The notes under the pieces are model-generated. The model was not told the origin of the DNA. It made no database searches and saw only the letters and a list, made by a program, of their open reading frames with translations. From the human T2T-CHM13v2.0 reference genome, Homo sapiens, in NCBI RefSeq assembly GCF_009914755.1, contig NC_060925.1: 64,000 nucleotides of DNA, one strand, 5' to 3'. Each line of letters starts with the position of its first letter. The first letter of the stretch is position 1. This document shows positions 1-18,300 of this stretch, one piece after another. Position numbers and translations under genes: made by a program.

Positions 1-4696
<4,696 letters not shown>

Positions 4697-4891
4697 CATA
4701 ACAAGAAATTTCCTTTAAACACGTTGGCTGATTGTACCACCATTTTTTCCTTCCTACATAAATAGAAATATTAGATGAGTGAGGTTAGGAGTACTACTGA
4801 GAATGGTTAGCTGTTCACTCCTCTTTCTTATGAGCCAGCTGCCCTTGGGGAACAGATATCTGCCTTGCTGTTATTACAAAACTTGGCTTAT

Positions 4892-4994
4892 GTGCTCACT
4901 TTAACAGCACCTGTACTAAAATTGGAATGATACAGAGATTAGCGTGGTCCCTACACAAGGATGATATGCAATGTGTGGAGTGTTCCATATTTTT
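4892..4994 (+). pseudogene. U6 snRNA processed pseudogene (full length, diverged)
   Basis: GTGCTCACTTTAACAGCAC...CTAAAATTGGAATGATACAGAGATTAGC...TTCCATATTTTT aligns end to end with U6; CpG decay and a 3-nt loss after the ACAGAGA box. Confidence 0.95.
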
Positions 4995-7900
4995 AATCAT
5001 TGGCATCCCTGAAAGAGATGGGGAGGGCACAAACAACTTGAAAACTGTTCCAGGTTATCATTTATGAAAACATCGCCAACCTCTCTAGAGAAGTCAACAG
5101 TCAAATTCTGGAAATACAGAGAACCTCTGCAAGATTCTACAGAAGAAGATCACCCCCAAGACACATAATCATCAGATTTTCTAAGGTCAAAATAAAAGAA
5201 AGGAATGTTAAAGGCAGCTAGAGAGAAAGGGCAGGTCACCTACAAAGGGAACCTCATCAGGCTAACAGCAAGCTGCTCAGCGGAAACCTTACAAGCCAGA
5301 AGAGATTGAGAGCCTATATAATGTTCTTAAAAAAAAAAATCTTCAACCAAGAATTACATATCCAGCCAAACTAAGCTTTCTTAGCAAAAGAGAAATAAAA
5401 TCCTTTCCCTATAAGCAAATGGTGAGGGAGTTTGTTACCACTAGACCTGCCTGACAAGAGATCTTGAAAGAAGCACTAAATATGGAAAGGAAAGACCATT
5501 ACCAGCCAATACAAAAACACACTTAAGTGAACAGACCAGTGACACTATAAAGCAACCACACAAACAAGCCAGCATAATAACCACCTAACAACAGAATGAC
5601 AGGATCAAATGTACACATATCCATATTAACTTTGAATATAAATGGGCTAAATGCCCCCACTTAAAAAGCACAGAGTGGTAAGGTAGATAGAAAACCAAGA
5701 CCCAGCAGTATGCTGTTTTCAAAACACCCATCTCACATGCAATTACATCCATACATTCAGAGTAAAGGCATGGAGGAAAATCTTCCAAGCAAATGGAAAT
5801 CAGATAAAAGCCAGATTTGCAATCCTAATTTCAGACAAAACAGATTTTAAACCACAAAGATCAAAAAAGACAAAAGAGGTCATGACAATAATGGTAAAGA
5901 GTGCAATTCAACAAGAAGACCTAACTATCCTAAATATATATGTACCCAAAACAGAAGCACCCAGATTCATAAACCAAGTTCTTAGAGACTCACGAAGATA
6001 CTTAGACTCCCACACAATAATGGTGGAGACATCAACAATCCACTGACAGCATTAGGCAGAGACAGAAAATTAGCAATGATACTCAGGACCTGAACTCAAC
6101 ATTAAACCAAATGGATCTGATAGATCTCTACAGAATTCTCCATCCCAAAACAACAGAATATACATTCTTCTCATCGTCACCTGACACATACTGTAAAATA
6201 GACCAAATAATCAGATATAAAAGAATCCTTAGCAAATAGGAAAAAACTGAAATCATACCAAACACACTTTCAAACCATAATGCAATAAAATTAGAAATCA
6301 AGACTAAAAAAATTTATCAAAACCACACAATTACATGAAAATTAAACAACATGCTTCTGACTAACTTTGAGGTAAATAATGAAATTAAGGCAGAAATCAA
6401 GTTCTTTGAAACGAAGGAGAACAAAGATACAACATACCAGAACCTCTGGGACACAGCTAAGGTAGTGGTAAGAGGGATATTTATAGCATTAAATGTCCAC
6501 ACCAAAAAGTTAGAAAGATCTCAAATTCACAACTTAACATCGCAGCTAAAAGAACTAAAGAGGCAAGAGCAACCCCAAAGCTAGCAGAAAAGAAATAACA
6601 CAAATCAGAGCTGAACTGGAGACCAAGACACAAAAGACCATTCAAAAGATGAATAAATCCAGCAGCTGTTTTTTTTTTTTTGGAAAATTAATAAAATAGG
6701 CCATTAGCTAAACTAATAAGAAGAGAGAGAAGATGCAAATAAAAACAATTAGAAATGGCAAAGGGGATGTTACCACTGACCCCACAGAAATAAAAATAAC
6801 CATCAGAAAGTACTACAAACACCTCTATGCAAACAAACTAGAAAACCTAGAAGAGATGGTTAAATTCTTGGACACATACACCCTCCCAAGACTGAACCAG
6901 GAAGAAATTGATTCCCTGAACAAACCAATAACAAGCTTTAAAATAGAATCAGTAATAAATAGCCTACTAGCCAAAAAAAAAGCTCAGGACCAGACAGATT
7001 CAAAGCCAAATTCTACCATATGTACAAAGAAGAGCTGGTATTATTCCCACTGAAACTATTCCAAAAATTGAGGAGGAGGGACTCCTCCTCATCTCATATG
7101 AGGCCAACATCACCCTGATACCAAAACCTGGCAGAGACACAACAGAAAAAGAAGACTTCAGGTCAATATTCTTGATGAACATTGATGCAAAAATCCTCAA
7201 CAAAATACTGACAAATGGAATCTAGCAGCACAGAAGAAAGCTAATCCACCAAGATCAAGTAGGCTTTATCCCTGGGATGCAAAATTGGCCCAAGATATGC
7301 AAATCAATAAATGTGATTCATCACATAAGCAGAACTGAAGGCAAAACACATATGATTACCTCAATAAACTAGGTATTAAGGGAACATACCTCAAAATAAT
7401 AAGCGCCATCTATGGCAAACCCACAGCCAACATCATACTGAATGGGTAAAAGCTGGAAGTATTCCTCTTGAAAACCAGTGCAAGACAAGTATGCCCTCTC
7501 TCACCACTCCTATTCAACATAGTATTGGAAGTCCTGACCAGGAAAATGAGGCAAGAGAAAAAAACAAAGGGCATTCAAACAGGAAGAGAGTAAGTCAAAT
7601 TTTTCCTGTTTGCAAACGACATAATCTTATATCTCGAAAACCCAAGAGTCTCAACCCAAAAGCTCTGTTAGCCTATAAACAACTCCAGCAAAGTTTCAGG
7701 ATATAAAATTAAAGCACAAAAATTACTAGCATTCCTATACACCAATAATAGCCAAGCCAAGAGCCAAATGAAGAATGCAATCCTATTCACAATTGCCACA
7801 AAAAGAATAAAATACCTAGGAATTCAGCTAACCAGGGAGGTAAAAGATCTCTACCTTGAGAATTACAAAACAATGCTCAAAGAAATCAGAGATGACACAA

Positions 7901-8315
7901 ATGGAAAAACATTTAATGCTCATGGATTGGAAGAATCAATATCATTAAAATGGCTGTACTGCCCAAAGCAATTTATAGATCCAATGCTACTCCTATCAGA
8001 CTACCAATGACATTCTTCATAGAACTAGAAAAAAACGATTTTAACATTCATATGGAACCCAGAAAGAACTCAAACAACCAAAGCAATCCTAAGTAAGAAG
8101 AGCAAAGCTGGAGATATCACATTACCCAACTTTGAACTATATTACAGGGCCACTGTAACCAAAACAGCATAGTACTGGTACAACAACAGACACATAGACC
8201 AATGGAACAATAGAGACACCAGAAATAAGGCTGCACACCTACAACCATCTGATCTCTGACAAAGCTGACAAAAACAAGTAATGGGGAAAGGACTCCCTAT
8301 TCAGTAAATGGTGCT
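4995..8315 (+). mobile_element. LINE-1 (older L1PA) from mid-ORF1 into ORF2, fused to the U6 copy; no 3' end
   Basis: Starts with ORF1 peptide IIGIPERDGE; ORF2 ATG ~5596; ORF2 fragments in the track; homology stops after AAATGGTGCT. Confidence 0.92.
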
Positions 8316-8579
8316 TCTGATTTCTTGCTCCTGGTCTGCATTCAAGTTGGGGAGACATTTCCTTTATGCCCTGTATCCATGATAAAAGGCTGCAAGGAAA
8401 GTCTGTTTTAATCTCTTACTTAGGGTATAGGAGAAGGAAATGGTTTGCGAGGACATGGTGTGCCCTTGTCACAGGTGTCACCACAGCAAGGTCCTTCAAA
8501 TTAATGACACAGGAGAGGATGGTTTCTGAGAACTTTGCTTGTTAGCTTCCAAGGCAGCTTTGAAAGGCCATGTAGCTGT

Positions 8580-8770
8580 GATTTCCTGAGTGCCAACATA
8601 CATGCACTCAGGAAATACCATGCAGGGCACTTGGCACACACAATTCAAAACAATACTACCAGACAACTATTTAACAGATGAGAAAACTGAAGCATAGAAA
8701 GTTTCAGTGACTCCTTTAAGCTTGCCCAGTGAAAAAGTGGCTGACCTATGCAGAGCTGTTTTAACTTATA
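8580..8770 (-). mobile_element. MIR remnant
   Basis: MIR core ACAGATGAGAAAACTGAAGC; boundaries approximate. Confidence 0.55.
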
Positions 8771-11700
8771 ATTGGAAGCCCTGCTGATTAACTGCAGTAG
8801 CAGTTCTGAATTCCCAGGATCAGAGTGAAACTGCCTAGACTGGTATCTTGCTCAGAATAGACAGATGAGTGAATTAATCAATAGTTAAGATGAGTCTACC
8901 CGGTAAGCAGCCTCTTTTTGCCAGCATAACATTCTCCTAGTGAAATCTTAATGTTAAAACTCAACATACAAAAATCAAAAGCTGAGCAACTTCAGTTGAC
9001 ATGAAGGTGGCTGAACCAGAGCACCACTTGAGGCTTCCTTCTTATTCCCACCTAAAGTCCCCAAAGCACTGCCATAAAATTGCAAAACTTGGCCCCAGTA
9101 AAGTTTGAAAACTACCAAATGAGTCCAGCTCCCAACTCAGCATGATAGACAGTATGCTATTTATCAGAAAAAGTCCAGCATTTGGTTATAGGGTGTTAAC
9201 ATGGAACTCTTCCTATTTTGGTTTCTGTTGACAACAGATGCCACATTCCAAAATGACAGACCATCTTGGCTGAGAAATTATTATAAGACTTGTCCGCAGC
9301 ATACAGGGTATAGAAGGTTCAAGTTGTTGGCTATTGGAAAGGGTCTTGTGAGGAAAGTATTGGGGGGGTCCCTTTCCTTCTCATCATCTCAATTCAAGGG
9401 AAAGAGGCTCTGGTGGGTTCATTTGGAGAATTTGAGTCTTGCTGCTTCTGGTTGGCAGGCATAGTGGAGCAAGGGAGGATGAGGAGAGAAAGACTTGGCC
9501 AGTTACTTTACCAGTGGAGTGGAGAAGAAATGCTGTTGTGATAGTAAGGGTCTGCACTTAAGATTGTCAGTGTGTGAAAACAAGACAGCATGGGAGTTTT
9601 CTTAGATCTTGTTCAGTGGGGTCACCTGAAGGATACTAAAGCCCCAGCAGAAAAGAAGCTGAAGGAAGATTCCTAGGGACAGAGGGGAAAGGAGAAACAG
9701 TTGGACTAGACTGCATTCACCCAGGTCAAGGAAACTACAGACAGGAGATAACCAGGAATAAGAAAGATCCCTGAGGAGCACAAAAAAGAGTCAGCTTAAA
9801 CACCTGCCAGCCCCAGGGAAGGTGAGCCATTGTAGCAGCACAGTCACAGTGGCTTTCATGCCCCTTCATCTGTCCTTCCTTCCCTTCCTTCTACATGGAA
9901 GGGTCAGAAATCATGTTGAGCCAGCTATGGGAGGAGAAAAAGCATGAGGCAAAGAAATAGAGAAATCTCATACTCCCATGACATCCCTTTCATTTTAAAT
10001 TACTGTTTTGTTGTTGTTGTTTTGTTTTGCTTTTTTTTTCATGTTAAGTGGCTGTAAAACTTTCATTTACCTAAAGGGCTTTTTATCCAGGGCAGGGAAA
10101 GACCACACTCAATGAGAAGATTTAAAGACAGAGTGGGAGTCAAATGTCAACTTTAGTTTGTATTTATACCCATACGTGTTGCTCATCCAACAAACAAATT
10201 TTACTTATGTTCAGATGAAATATACACCTTGTAAATTCTTTCTATAGAGTCTAGTCCAGCCTTCAGGAACTTACAGGTCAAGACTTTCTACAACAGCTCT
10301 GGGAACTTTTGAGCAAAGCTTGTCCTGTTTCTCCTGAACTACTTTTCTCCAGGCTCTTTTCTCATGGGCCACAGCTTCACAGTTCTCTCTCTTGGGCTCC
10401 CTCCCTTGGAACTGCCTGTCCTCCATACGTCTTCTTTTGTCCTTATGGAGCCCATTCCTGGGCCCAGTGCTCCCTAGGTAGAGGCACTATTCCTCTTTGG
10501 TGACTGTGAGGAGAATTCCTTAATGTTCTCCATCGGAAAATTAACCTACGTTGAAATGATAATGCTCCGAACATGTGAGGTCTTCTGAGCTTTGTTTTCC
10601 TTTCCCTCCATCATCACATTCAGATCCTGAGAACTTCCATCATGAAAACATCTATGAAAAGATCTGGGCACCAATGACTGTGTTCACAGCTTTGAGCTTT
10701 CAGCCCCACTATCAGACTTTTTTAAATCAATTCCATCTTAACACCCTCTATGGACACTGCCTGTTCTGAACTGTCTTCTGAACCTTTCCTTCTTCTCTCA
10801 AATAGGATTTTATTTTCCTCTTTACATATTTTGCATTGACTTTGGCATGCATCAGCAGTAACCAAGTAACCATTCTTGACATCTTGGCCTGCTGTTTAGA
10901 AAACCCTCCCACAAAATTTCAACAAGAACTATCCCCTAGAGATGGTATCAGATAGCATTTGCCGTTATAGACAGTCATATTGCTATTTCCCAAGATATCT
11001 TTATAGGGAACAGCTGGCTTCTGCCTGCACCATCTGACAGACAAACAGCATTATCAAAACATAAGCAGGCTGCTTCTTTCTTGGGATAAAGGAAAATAAG
11101 ATAACAGTGAGTAAACAGAAAATTATGATCCTTACTTTCCCCTTGTTTTCTTGTATTTAATCAAGTCATTTTCTAAAGGGAAAGTTTGCCATCAAAATTT
11201 GGATGCAGGTTACTAGACCAGCCAAACAAACTATTAATTTATAAAAATATCATGATAAATATAATTCAAGCCTTTAAGTGAAGAGAAAGGAACTAGCAGC
11301 CCATTCTATTGATTTTAGCACACATAGCACATGCAGCTGATATGTACAATTTAATTTATGGATAGGGTGTCTAAAGATGATTTTCAGCATCATCTATTAG
11401 CTAATGAAACAAAAAAAGTCATGAAATAAAAACAGTTAAATGTTTTCTAAGTAGATTGAAATTAGAAAATATCTAATAGCCCTTTGCTGAAACTAAAATC
11501 TCATCACAGTAATATCAAATGTTAGTGATGTCATAAAAACAATAATATAAAACATACTAACTGACTTGATTTAAAATGTAGTCTATCAATCAGGAAAAAG
11601 ACATCCTTTCTAAGATTGATATCTATCATTGTGTTCTCCCTCATCATACTGTAATCTCTATGAGGGCAAAGACCAGGACAGCTTTGTTAATTCTAACACT

Positions 11701-13849
11701 AATACTGAATATCGCCTAACACTAATACTGAATGACTATTGGCCATTTAATCAACTGTTCAATGCTATTTACTCATTCATTTTTTATTCATTAACAATTG
11801 GATTCTTTGCAAAGGCCTCGTCAAAATAAGGATAAATATGATATGGCCCCTGCCTCCAGTTGCTCACAGCCAAAGGAGAAAGACAGACTTATAAATATAT
11901 TATTGTAACACAAAATGTTCAATGCTCCAGGAAATATTTGAGCTGAACACAGATGAGATAATGGCTAACTCTGCCCTGGGGAAAAAGTAAATCTTTTTAG
12001 GGTAGGATTCCTTTTAGCTGGGTCTTAACGAATGAGAGGCCAAGGAAACGATAGAGTGTAGACGGACTCTTTAACAAATAAATCTGAAAAAACTTTTTTC
12101 TTTATAACCTAAAAGTCAAGATTATTTAAATAGACTTTTTTGGGGCTTTTTATTGCCATTCAGAATCATGCAGAGTATTCTTTAATAATCAAAATTTTGC
12201 CCTATATTTTTCTTTTTGAATAAAAAGCAACAGATAGATCATTCCACTTGGCTACATGTTCATACGTTGATTACTCCTCCCAAATTTGGAAATTGATTTG
12301 AAGTGATAGTCAAGCTTGACATTTGTGTCCCACTGCTTATTTTGTTTTCACAAGATTGTTTTCTATATTATGAAATGTAAATACCATTTCTCAACCAGAT
12401 ATCATTTATCTTGTCCTAAATAAATAACTGCTCAAAGTAATAAAATCAAGATTCTTCAAAACAAACCATGAAAACATCATTCATACCAGACCAAAGGAGA
12501 AAAAGAAACTTAAAGATACGTGTAGTGGAATTAATTGTATTAAACCATGAAAATGTTGATCTTGTCTACATACATCTGTATATTCTGGAGCTGGAACTTT
12601 TTCTTAGAGATAAACAAAATGTTACAATGTTTAAAAATGTCTTCATAAATAAAATAATCCTCTTTGGGGAAGATAATAACCACATCTTGTGCTAATAGTA
12701 ATTCTGTGTAATGTAAGATATTAGCATATTTACTTAATATTTTGTTCAAAGAGTTTGAGTTTAAAAAAAGAAAAGATTATGGTGATAGTTACATGACTCT
12801 GTTTGTTAAAATTCATAGAATATACACTTAAAAGGTTGATTTTATTGTATGTCAACCTAAAATATAAAATTTTCAAAAATTTAGAAGAAATGAAAAGATA
12901 TGAGAGAGAGGAGAGGAAGAGAAGAGAATTTTGGTTTTATCATTTGGAAAACATTAAACTTTGAGCCCTTCCCCTGACACTCCTCTGGACTCCTTTCCAA
13001 AAGGCAAACACTTGGTACATTTTAAGCAGAAAAATTAAAATCGATCACCCACACAGCCAGGCCAAGAATGAAGAGCAAAAAACTTGGAATTTGACAAGAA
13101 GGAAAGGGATCCAAGACAGGAAATTGACTTGGTCAGACGTGTGGAAAATCAAGGCAACCCACAATGCCATTAATGAAGGTCCCCATAATAAGGCCTTGCC
13201 TCTGCACCCCACCCGCAGCCCCCACTCTCTCCAGCTGAGAGGATTTATTTCAGAGGAGCAGTGCCAGCGCCTTCCAAGGGAAACACGGTTGGAGCATGTT
13301 TTACCATGCAATGCTACAAAGGAGGCACAGGTGGCATGCTGGAAGCTCTTCCTCAGGATGGAGGGAGGGAGCCAACCGCAGCCAGTGTCCTTGATCCTGG
13401 TCTAAGGAAACTAAACCCCACTGAACAGAAATCTCAGCTCCAAAGCCAAAAAAGGGAAAACACAGTTAAGAGGTCTTTATTCTTCAAAACAGCAGAAGCT
13501 GTGTGTCTTTTCCTGTCTCCTGTTACTAAAACATGTTAGAGGCAAAGTTTACTAAGAAGATGGTCATTAGAAATGACCTAAAGATAATGGGACTAAAGAA
13601 TATTAAAAAGGATATGAAAGTGGATTGCCATCATTGGCCAGAAGCCAGTGTTAGATCAAAATTGCACAAGGATTAGCCAAAGAGGATATAGACCAAAGCA
13701 TAACCATAAACTGCCCAAAGCCAAGTATGTCTGTTAGCTCAACAGTCTGTGCACAGTTAGAATTGATTCTTGCAGAAAGTTTTATAGTTTTACATGAAAA
13801 GGAGAAAAAATATGTATAGCCAGTCTTCTAAGAAGAAAAAAAAATGTTA

Positions 13850-14040
13850 CATATTTGAATCCTATCTCCACCACTGATGAGCCCTGTGACATTTGGTTAT
13901 TTATTTGTGCCTTAATTTCTCCATCTATAAAATGGAGAATATCACTACCTATTTCATATAGTTGTTTTAAGTGATTAAATACAGTTAAGACATCTGGAAC
14001 AGTGAGTGGCAGATACTAAGTGGTATGTAAATGTTAATTA
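13850..14040 (+). mobile_element. MIR remnant
   Basis: TGTGACATTTGG...TTTCTCCATCTATAAAATGGAGAAT core; boundaries approximate. Confidence 0.6.
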
Positions 14041-14535
14041 ATATAGTTGTCATATAATAAGCATTTCACATTAGAGTTGGTTTTGGTATGCCGATACCAA
14101 GTATATTCTGAAATAGCCCTGAAACCTGACCAAGGTCTGTAAACCATGCAGAGGCTTGTTATAAACTTCCTCAAGTTTTCCTACAGAACCATTTGCTAAG
14201 ACTACCATTGATTCTTTCTGGATTTCTAGCCATATCTCCTTGAACCCAATTCCAGTAGTCCTAATTCCCAAGGCCTATTTTATCAGAATAACAGTGAAGT
14301 TCAATAAACCCTGAGTTTGCAGTCAGGTGACTTAATGTTGTTATTTCTCTACTGAGGCACCTGTCAAAATCAGTGCCCCTTCCTGGACCCTTGATTCCTC
14401 CCATCACAGAAAGGGATCAGACTGGATGACATCTATGCTTCCTTTTAGTTGTGATATTTTGTTGTTCTTTCATAACATTTTAAGTAATTTTTTTTATTTT
14501 TTACTTTTTTCATACATTGTGTCCAGGCGCTATGC

Positions 14536-14840
14536 TTTTTTTTGTTTGTTTGTTTTTGAGACAGAGTCTCGCTGTGTTGCCCAGGCTGGAGTGCAGTGGT
14601 GTGATCTCGGCTCACTGCAGCCTCCGTCTCCTGGGCTCAAGTGATTCTCCTGATTTAGCCTCCTGAGTAGCTGGGATTACAGATGTGCACCATCACACCA
14701 GGCTAATTTTTGTATTTTTAGTAGAGACGGGGGTTTTGCCATGTTGGCCAGGCTGGCCTTGAACTCCTGACCTCAGGTGATCTGCCTGCCTTGACCTTCC
14801 AAAATGCTGGGATTACAGGCATGAGCCACCATGCCCAGCT
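14536..14840 (-). mobile_element. Alu (AluS)
   Basis: Full dimer in antisense orientation with a T/TTTG tail. Confidence 0.95.
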
Positions 14841-15204
14841 AGGTGATTTATTACATTTTTCATTTGAATGTCTGTTGCAGAGATACAGTGCAAGAGGACT
14901 TTATTTATGAGCTAATATGCTTTTCCAGCTGCCTTTTGGACATCTATATCTGGATACTCCCTGCAGGCTCCTTCATCTCTCTATGTGAAGTCAAATTATC
15001 ACCTTTCTATCATCCCATGAGCCCAACCTGTTTCCCTCCTGAGATTCCCAAGAATAACCCCACTGTACTTTTGGTCCCTAGCTTAAAGTGTCAGCTGCCT
15101 TAGATGATCCCAGCACATTGCCTTTCCACATTTCTCTCCTGTCTCCTCTCTGCCATCTTTGAGCAGCCACTTAGGTTCAGGCTCTTCCCAGTTCTCTTTT
15201 GACC

Positions 15205-15364
15205 TTGCTTCTTACATCTTAATGTGCAGCAGAATCACCTGTGGATCCTATTCAAATGTAGATTCTGATTCTGTAGGTCTGGGACAGCCAGAGGTTCCAC
15301 ATTTCTAATATGCTCCCAGATAATGTAAAACTGCTGGTCCCCTATCACACGTTGAACAGCAAGG
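15205..15364. mobile_element. MER5-like hAT-Charlie DNA transposon remnant
   Basis: CAGAATCACCTG...GATTCTGATTCTGTAGGTCTGGG...CATTTCTAA...GCTCCCAG pattern. Confidence 0.7.
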
Positions 15365-18300
15365 CACATTTACTTCTAATGAGAGCCCCAGAATCCAGAA
15401 GGTTTCCGTTTTAATCTAATTTTCGGGTTTGTATTCTAAACTATGCTTCTGTTCTTTCCTGCTAAAATATGGCTTGCATAATTCGTAGTAAATAAAATCT
15501 CTTCACAATATAACTCCAACCTGTGTTTTGCCTTAACTTCCAGAATCCCTAGCCTACATTTATCTAACTAGCTACTTTGAGGATGTATTTTTCGCTTTCT
15601 GCCTTCATGCCTTGTTGGGCTCAATTCTTTGCTTGAAGTGCCATCTTCCCCCTTTTATTTGTGTTACTCAAAATTTTATAACTCCTGAAGACCTGACACA
15701 AATACCACTTAGTCCACAAACCATGTCTATTTCCCTGAAATTCATCCTTTCCTTTAAATACTCATGGTGCTTTGCTGACTTTCTGATGATTCACATTCTG
15801 CTTTAAATTTTATATTTATACATCTGACCCCTCTCCCATCAGACCAAGGGCTGCTTAAGGGGTTGCTTCAAAGCAGGAAGAACTGTTTAGAACAATTGAA
15901 CAGAAGCACTCCTTCACTAATCATTCAAATTCATATAGGCTGAAAATATGAAACAAATAAAAAACAGTTTAGACAGCTTCACACAGCATGAAACTATTAG
16001 CCATTATTGAGGGTAACTCCAACTTTTGGGGCATACCTCCTACTTTTTTATTCATTTAGCCTATATTTACTAAGTTCCACCTGTGTAAGACCCCATGATG
16101 AGGGCAGTGGCAGGACCCAAATAATAAGGCTGGCATCCTGGAGGTCCCTGCCATCTGGTTAGGGAGATAGTGAGGGGGCCACTGAGGGTGTCCACTGCAG
16201 TCTCCTGGGCTCCTGCTTGAGGCAGGGTCCTGGACCAGAGGAGCCATGAGCCTTGTCTGCAACATAATTGTTATGTTCTGAAAGCTTATGGCTCTGGAGA
16301 TAACACACTTATTAGGCAAACACCGTGAGGATTTATCTAGAAATGTGCTTTCACTGTAATTCCCTGCATTTGATAGCCTCCCTTTCCAGCATTTATAGCC
16401 ACCACCTGTGCTTTCATTATTCACTCTAATGTCTCTGTTTGAGGCTGATGTGCTTAATTTTCCAGTGTCTCAAAGGAAAACAGGAAGTTTCTCTCATGAA
16501 CTTAAGCTTCCCATTTACTCATGAGTTACTCTCTTAAGAAATAAGCATCTTGGACACATTCATTGCCTGTGTAAGGAGGAAGATCCTTAGCCACTAGGAT
16601 CAGGAAGTGTTGACATGGCATCCTTAATGCTTGTTGATGAGGTTAGATAAAGATTAGTTTATCTGCCTCTCCTAAGAAATTTCTCCTGAGAAATTACATT
16701 GTTAGAAAGCCTAAATATGTGATTCCCAAACATTCCTCTTTATAATCTGAGAATTAGGGAATCTTACAACTTGAAGGTTGTTGAGAGATTGCCGGGTTCA
16801 TTCTCTCATGTTTTGCTCGGTGAGGAAACAGAGATCCATGATCATTTGCTTAGTGGAAGAGCAAGGCCTCAAACATAAGTCTTTAGAGTCTAAGCCTAAG
16901 AGGCTAAGTGGGAGAAAGAAAACTACATATCTCTATCTATATAATTTGTATCTCTCTACTTCTTTCCATATCTATCTGTCTCTCCTCTGCAATGTGTCAG
17001 GTACTGTGTTTTTGGTACTTTAGATGTCTTACCATGTTAAATTTTCACATTACCCAAATTCCCAGAGGCAGGTGTTGTCCCAGTTTTATAGATGAGAAAT
17101 CTGAGTCTCTGAAAGGTGAAGTAACTTTCCCGAGAGTAGGTAGCAAGTGTATAGATTATACAACATGCCCATGCGCCCTTCCTCAAGGAAAGACTTCACC
17201 TGGTGGCCAACAGCAAGGGGTCTTGCTATTTGGTGGTATAAGAGGGAGAAAAGGAAACAGTCCTTATCCTTAGGTGAATGGATGAGGATATCTTTATTCT
17301 ACCTTATGGGTTACTGACTTTTTTTCTATTCCCACCTCTGAGTCTTATTTCTCAGTCATTGTGTACTCCACACCAAGAAGCTTCCCAGCCCTCATGCCTC
17401 TTGGCTCACAACCTCTCTCTAGTATGGTATTCATTCCTGGGGCTCCCATTGTCCTCCTGCTTCAAACACTTGTTATTCTATACTTTGAGACCTAATCTAT
17501 CTCCCCAGCTTCGGTCACTCATCAACAATTGCATGCTGTGCCCATCCCAATGGTGCACAAACTCAAGGGTCAAAACATGAGACTCATCTCTCTCTCCCCT
17601 CTCTCCCTCTTTCCCTCCCTTTCTCTCTCCCTCCATCATTTTGGAAGTCTCATTTTCTTCCTGATGCCTTTAATATCTTTCTTTCTTCAATTCCCTATAC
17701 CTACTTTCAATATTCTTCTGAAGACAACTCAAATCCTATATTCCCCATGAAGTATTCTCTCACCTCATTTACTTATTAAAGAAGCATTTAATAAGCACCT
17801 GTTGTATGATAGAGAGCAAGGCAGATAGAGTCTGTGCCTTCATGGGACTTATAGTCTGGCGGAAGCTATAAATAACAGCAGTTGTAATGACTGCTCTGAA
17901 GAGAAAGCAATGGACAGTGACAATATACTTTTAAATCTTCCACACTGCCTTCCATTCAGAAGGATTTTAATAACGATCGAGTTGGATTTTTTTTTCCCTC
18001 AAATCTGAGGGAAGATCTGGTGGTGGCATCTGTTAGCATGCATTTGTGTCTGGTTCCTGTGAGCACTATTGTCAATATTCTGCGGTCTTTGCTGTCTGGG
18101 ACACTTCAGAGGTGACTGATAATCAAGTGATCAATTCCAGGTGAGAAAAGTTCATGGAGCTGTGCTGCATGGATATTAAGTATAGTCTGAATCAAGCATC
18201 AAGCAGCTGCTTCTTTGGGGGCCAACTGGGTGGTACTGGCAGGAATTTCAATTCCCTGGAGCTTGAAAGCAATACACATGGCACTCTTTAATGTGAATCC

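Noticed and set aside
4892-4994. Functional U6 snRNA gene
   Set aside because: Many substitutions, a deletion after the ACAGAGA box, direct fusion to L1, and no evident upstream TATA/PSE
13045-13539. Three overlapping ORFs in a GC-richer patch
   Set aside because: No recognisable protein or splice pattern; more likely old repeat-derived or chance ORFs
16056-17750. Cluster of 70-122 aa ORFs
   Set aside because: No homology I can recognise, mostly alternative start codons, and partial overlap with MIR and low-complexity DNA
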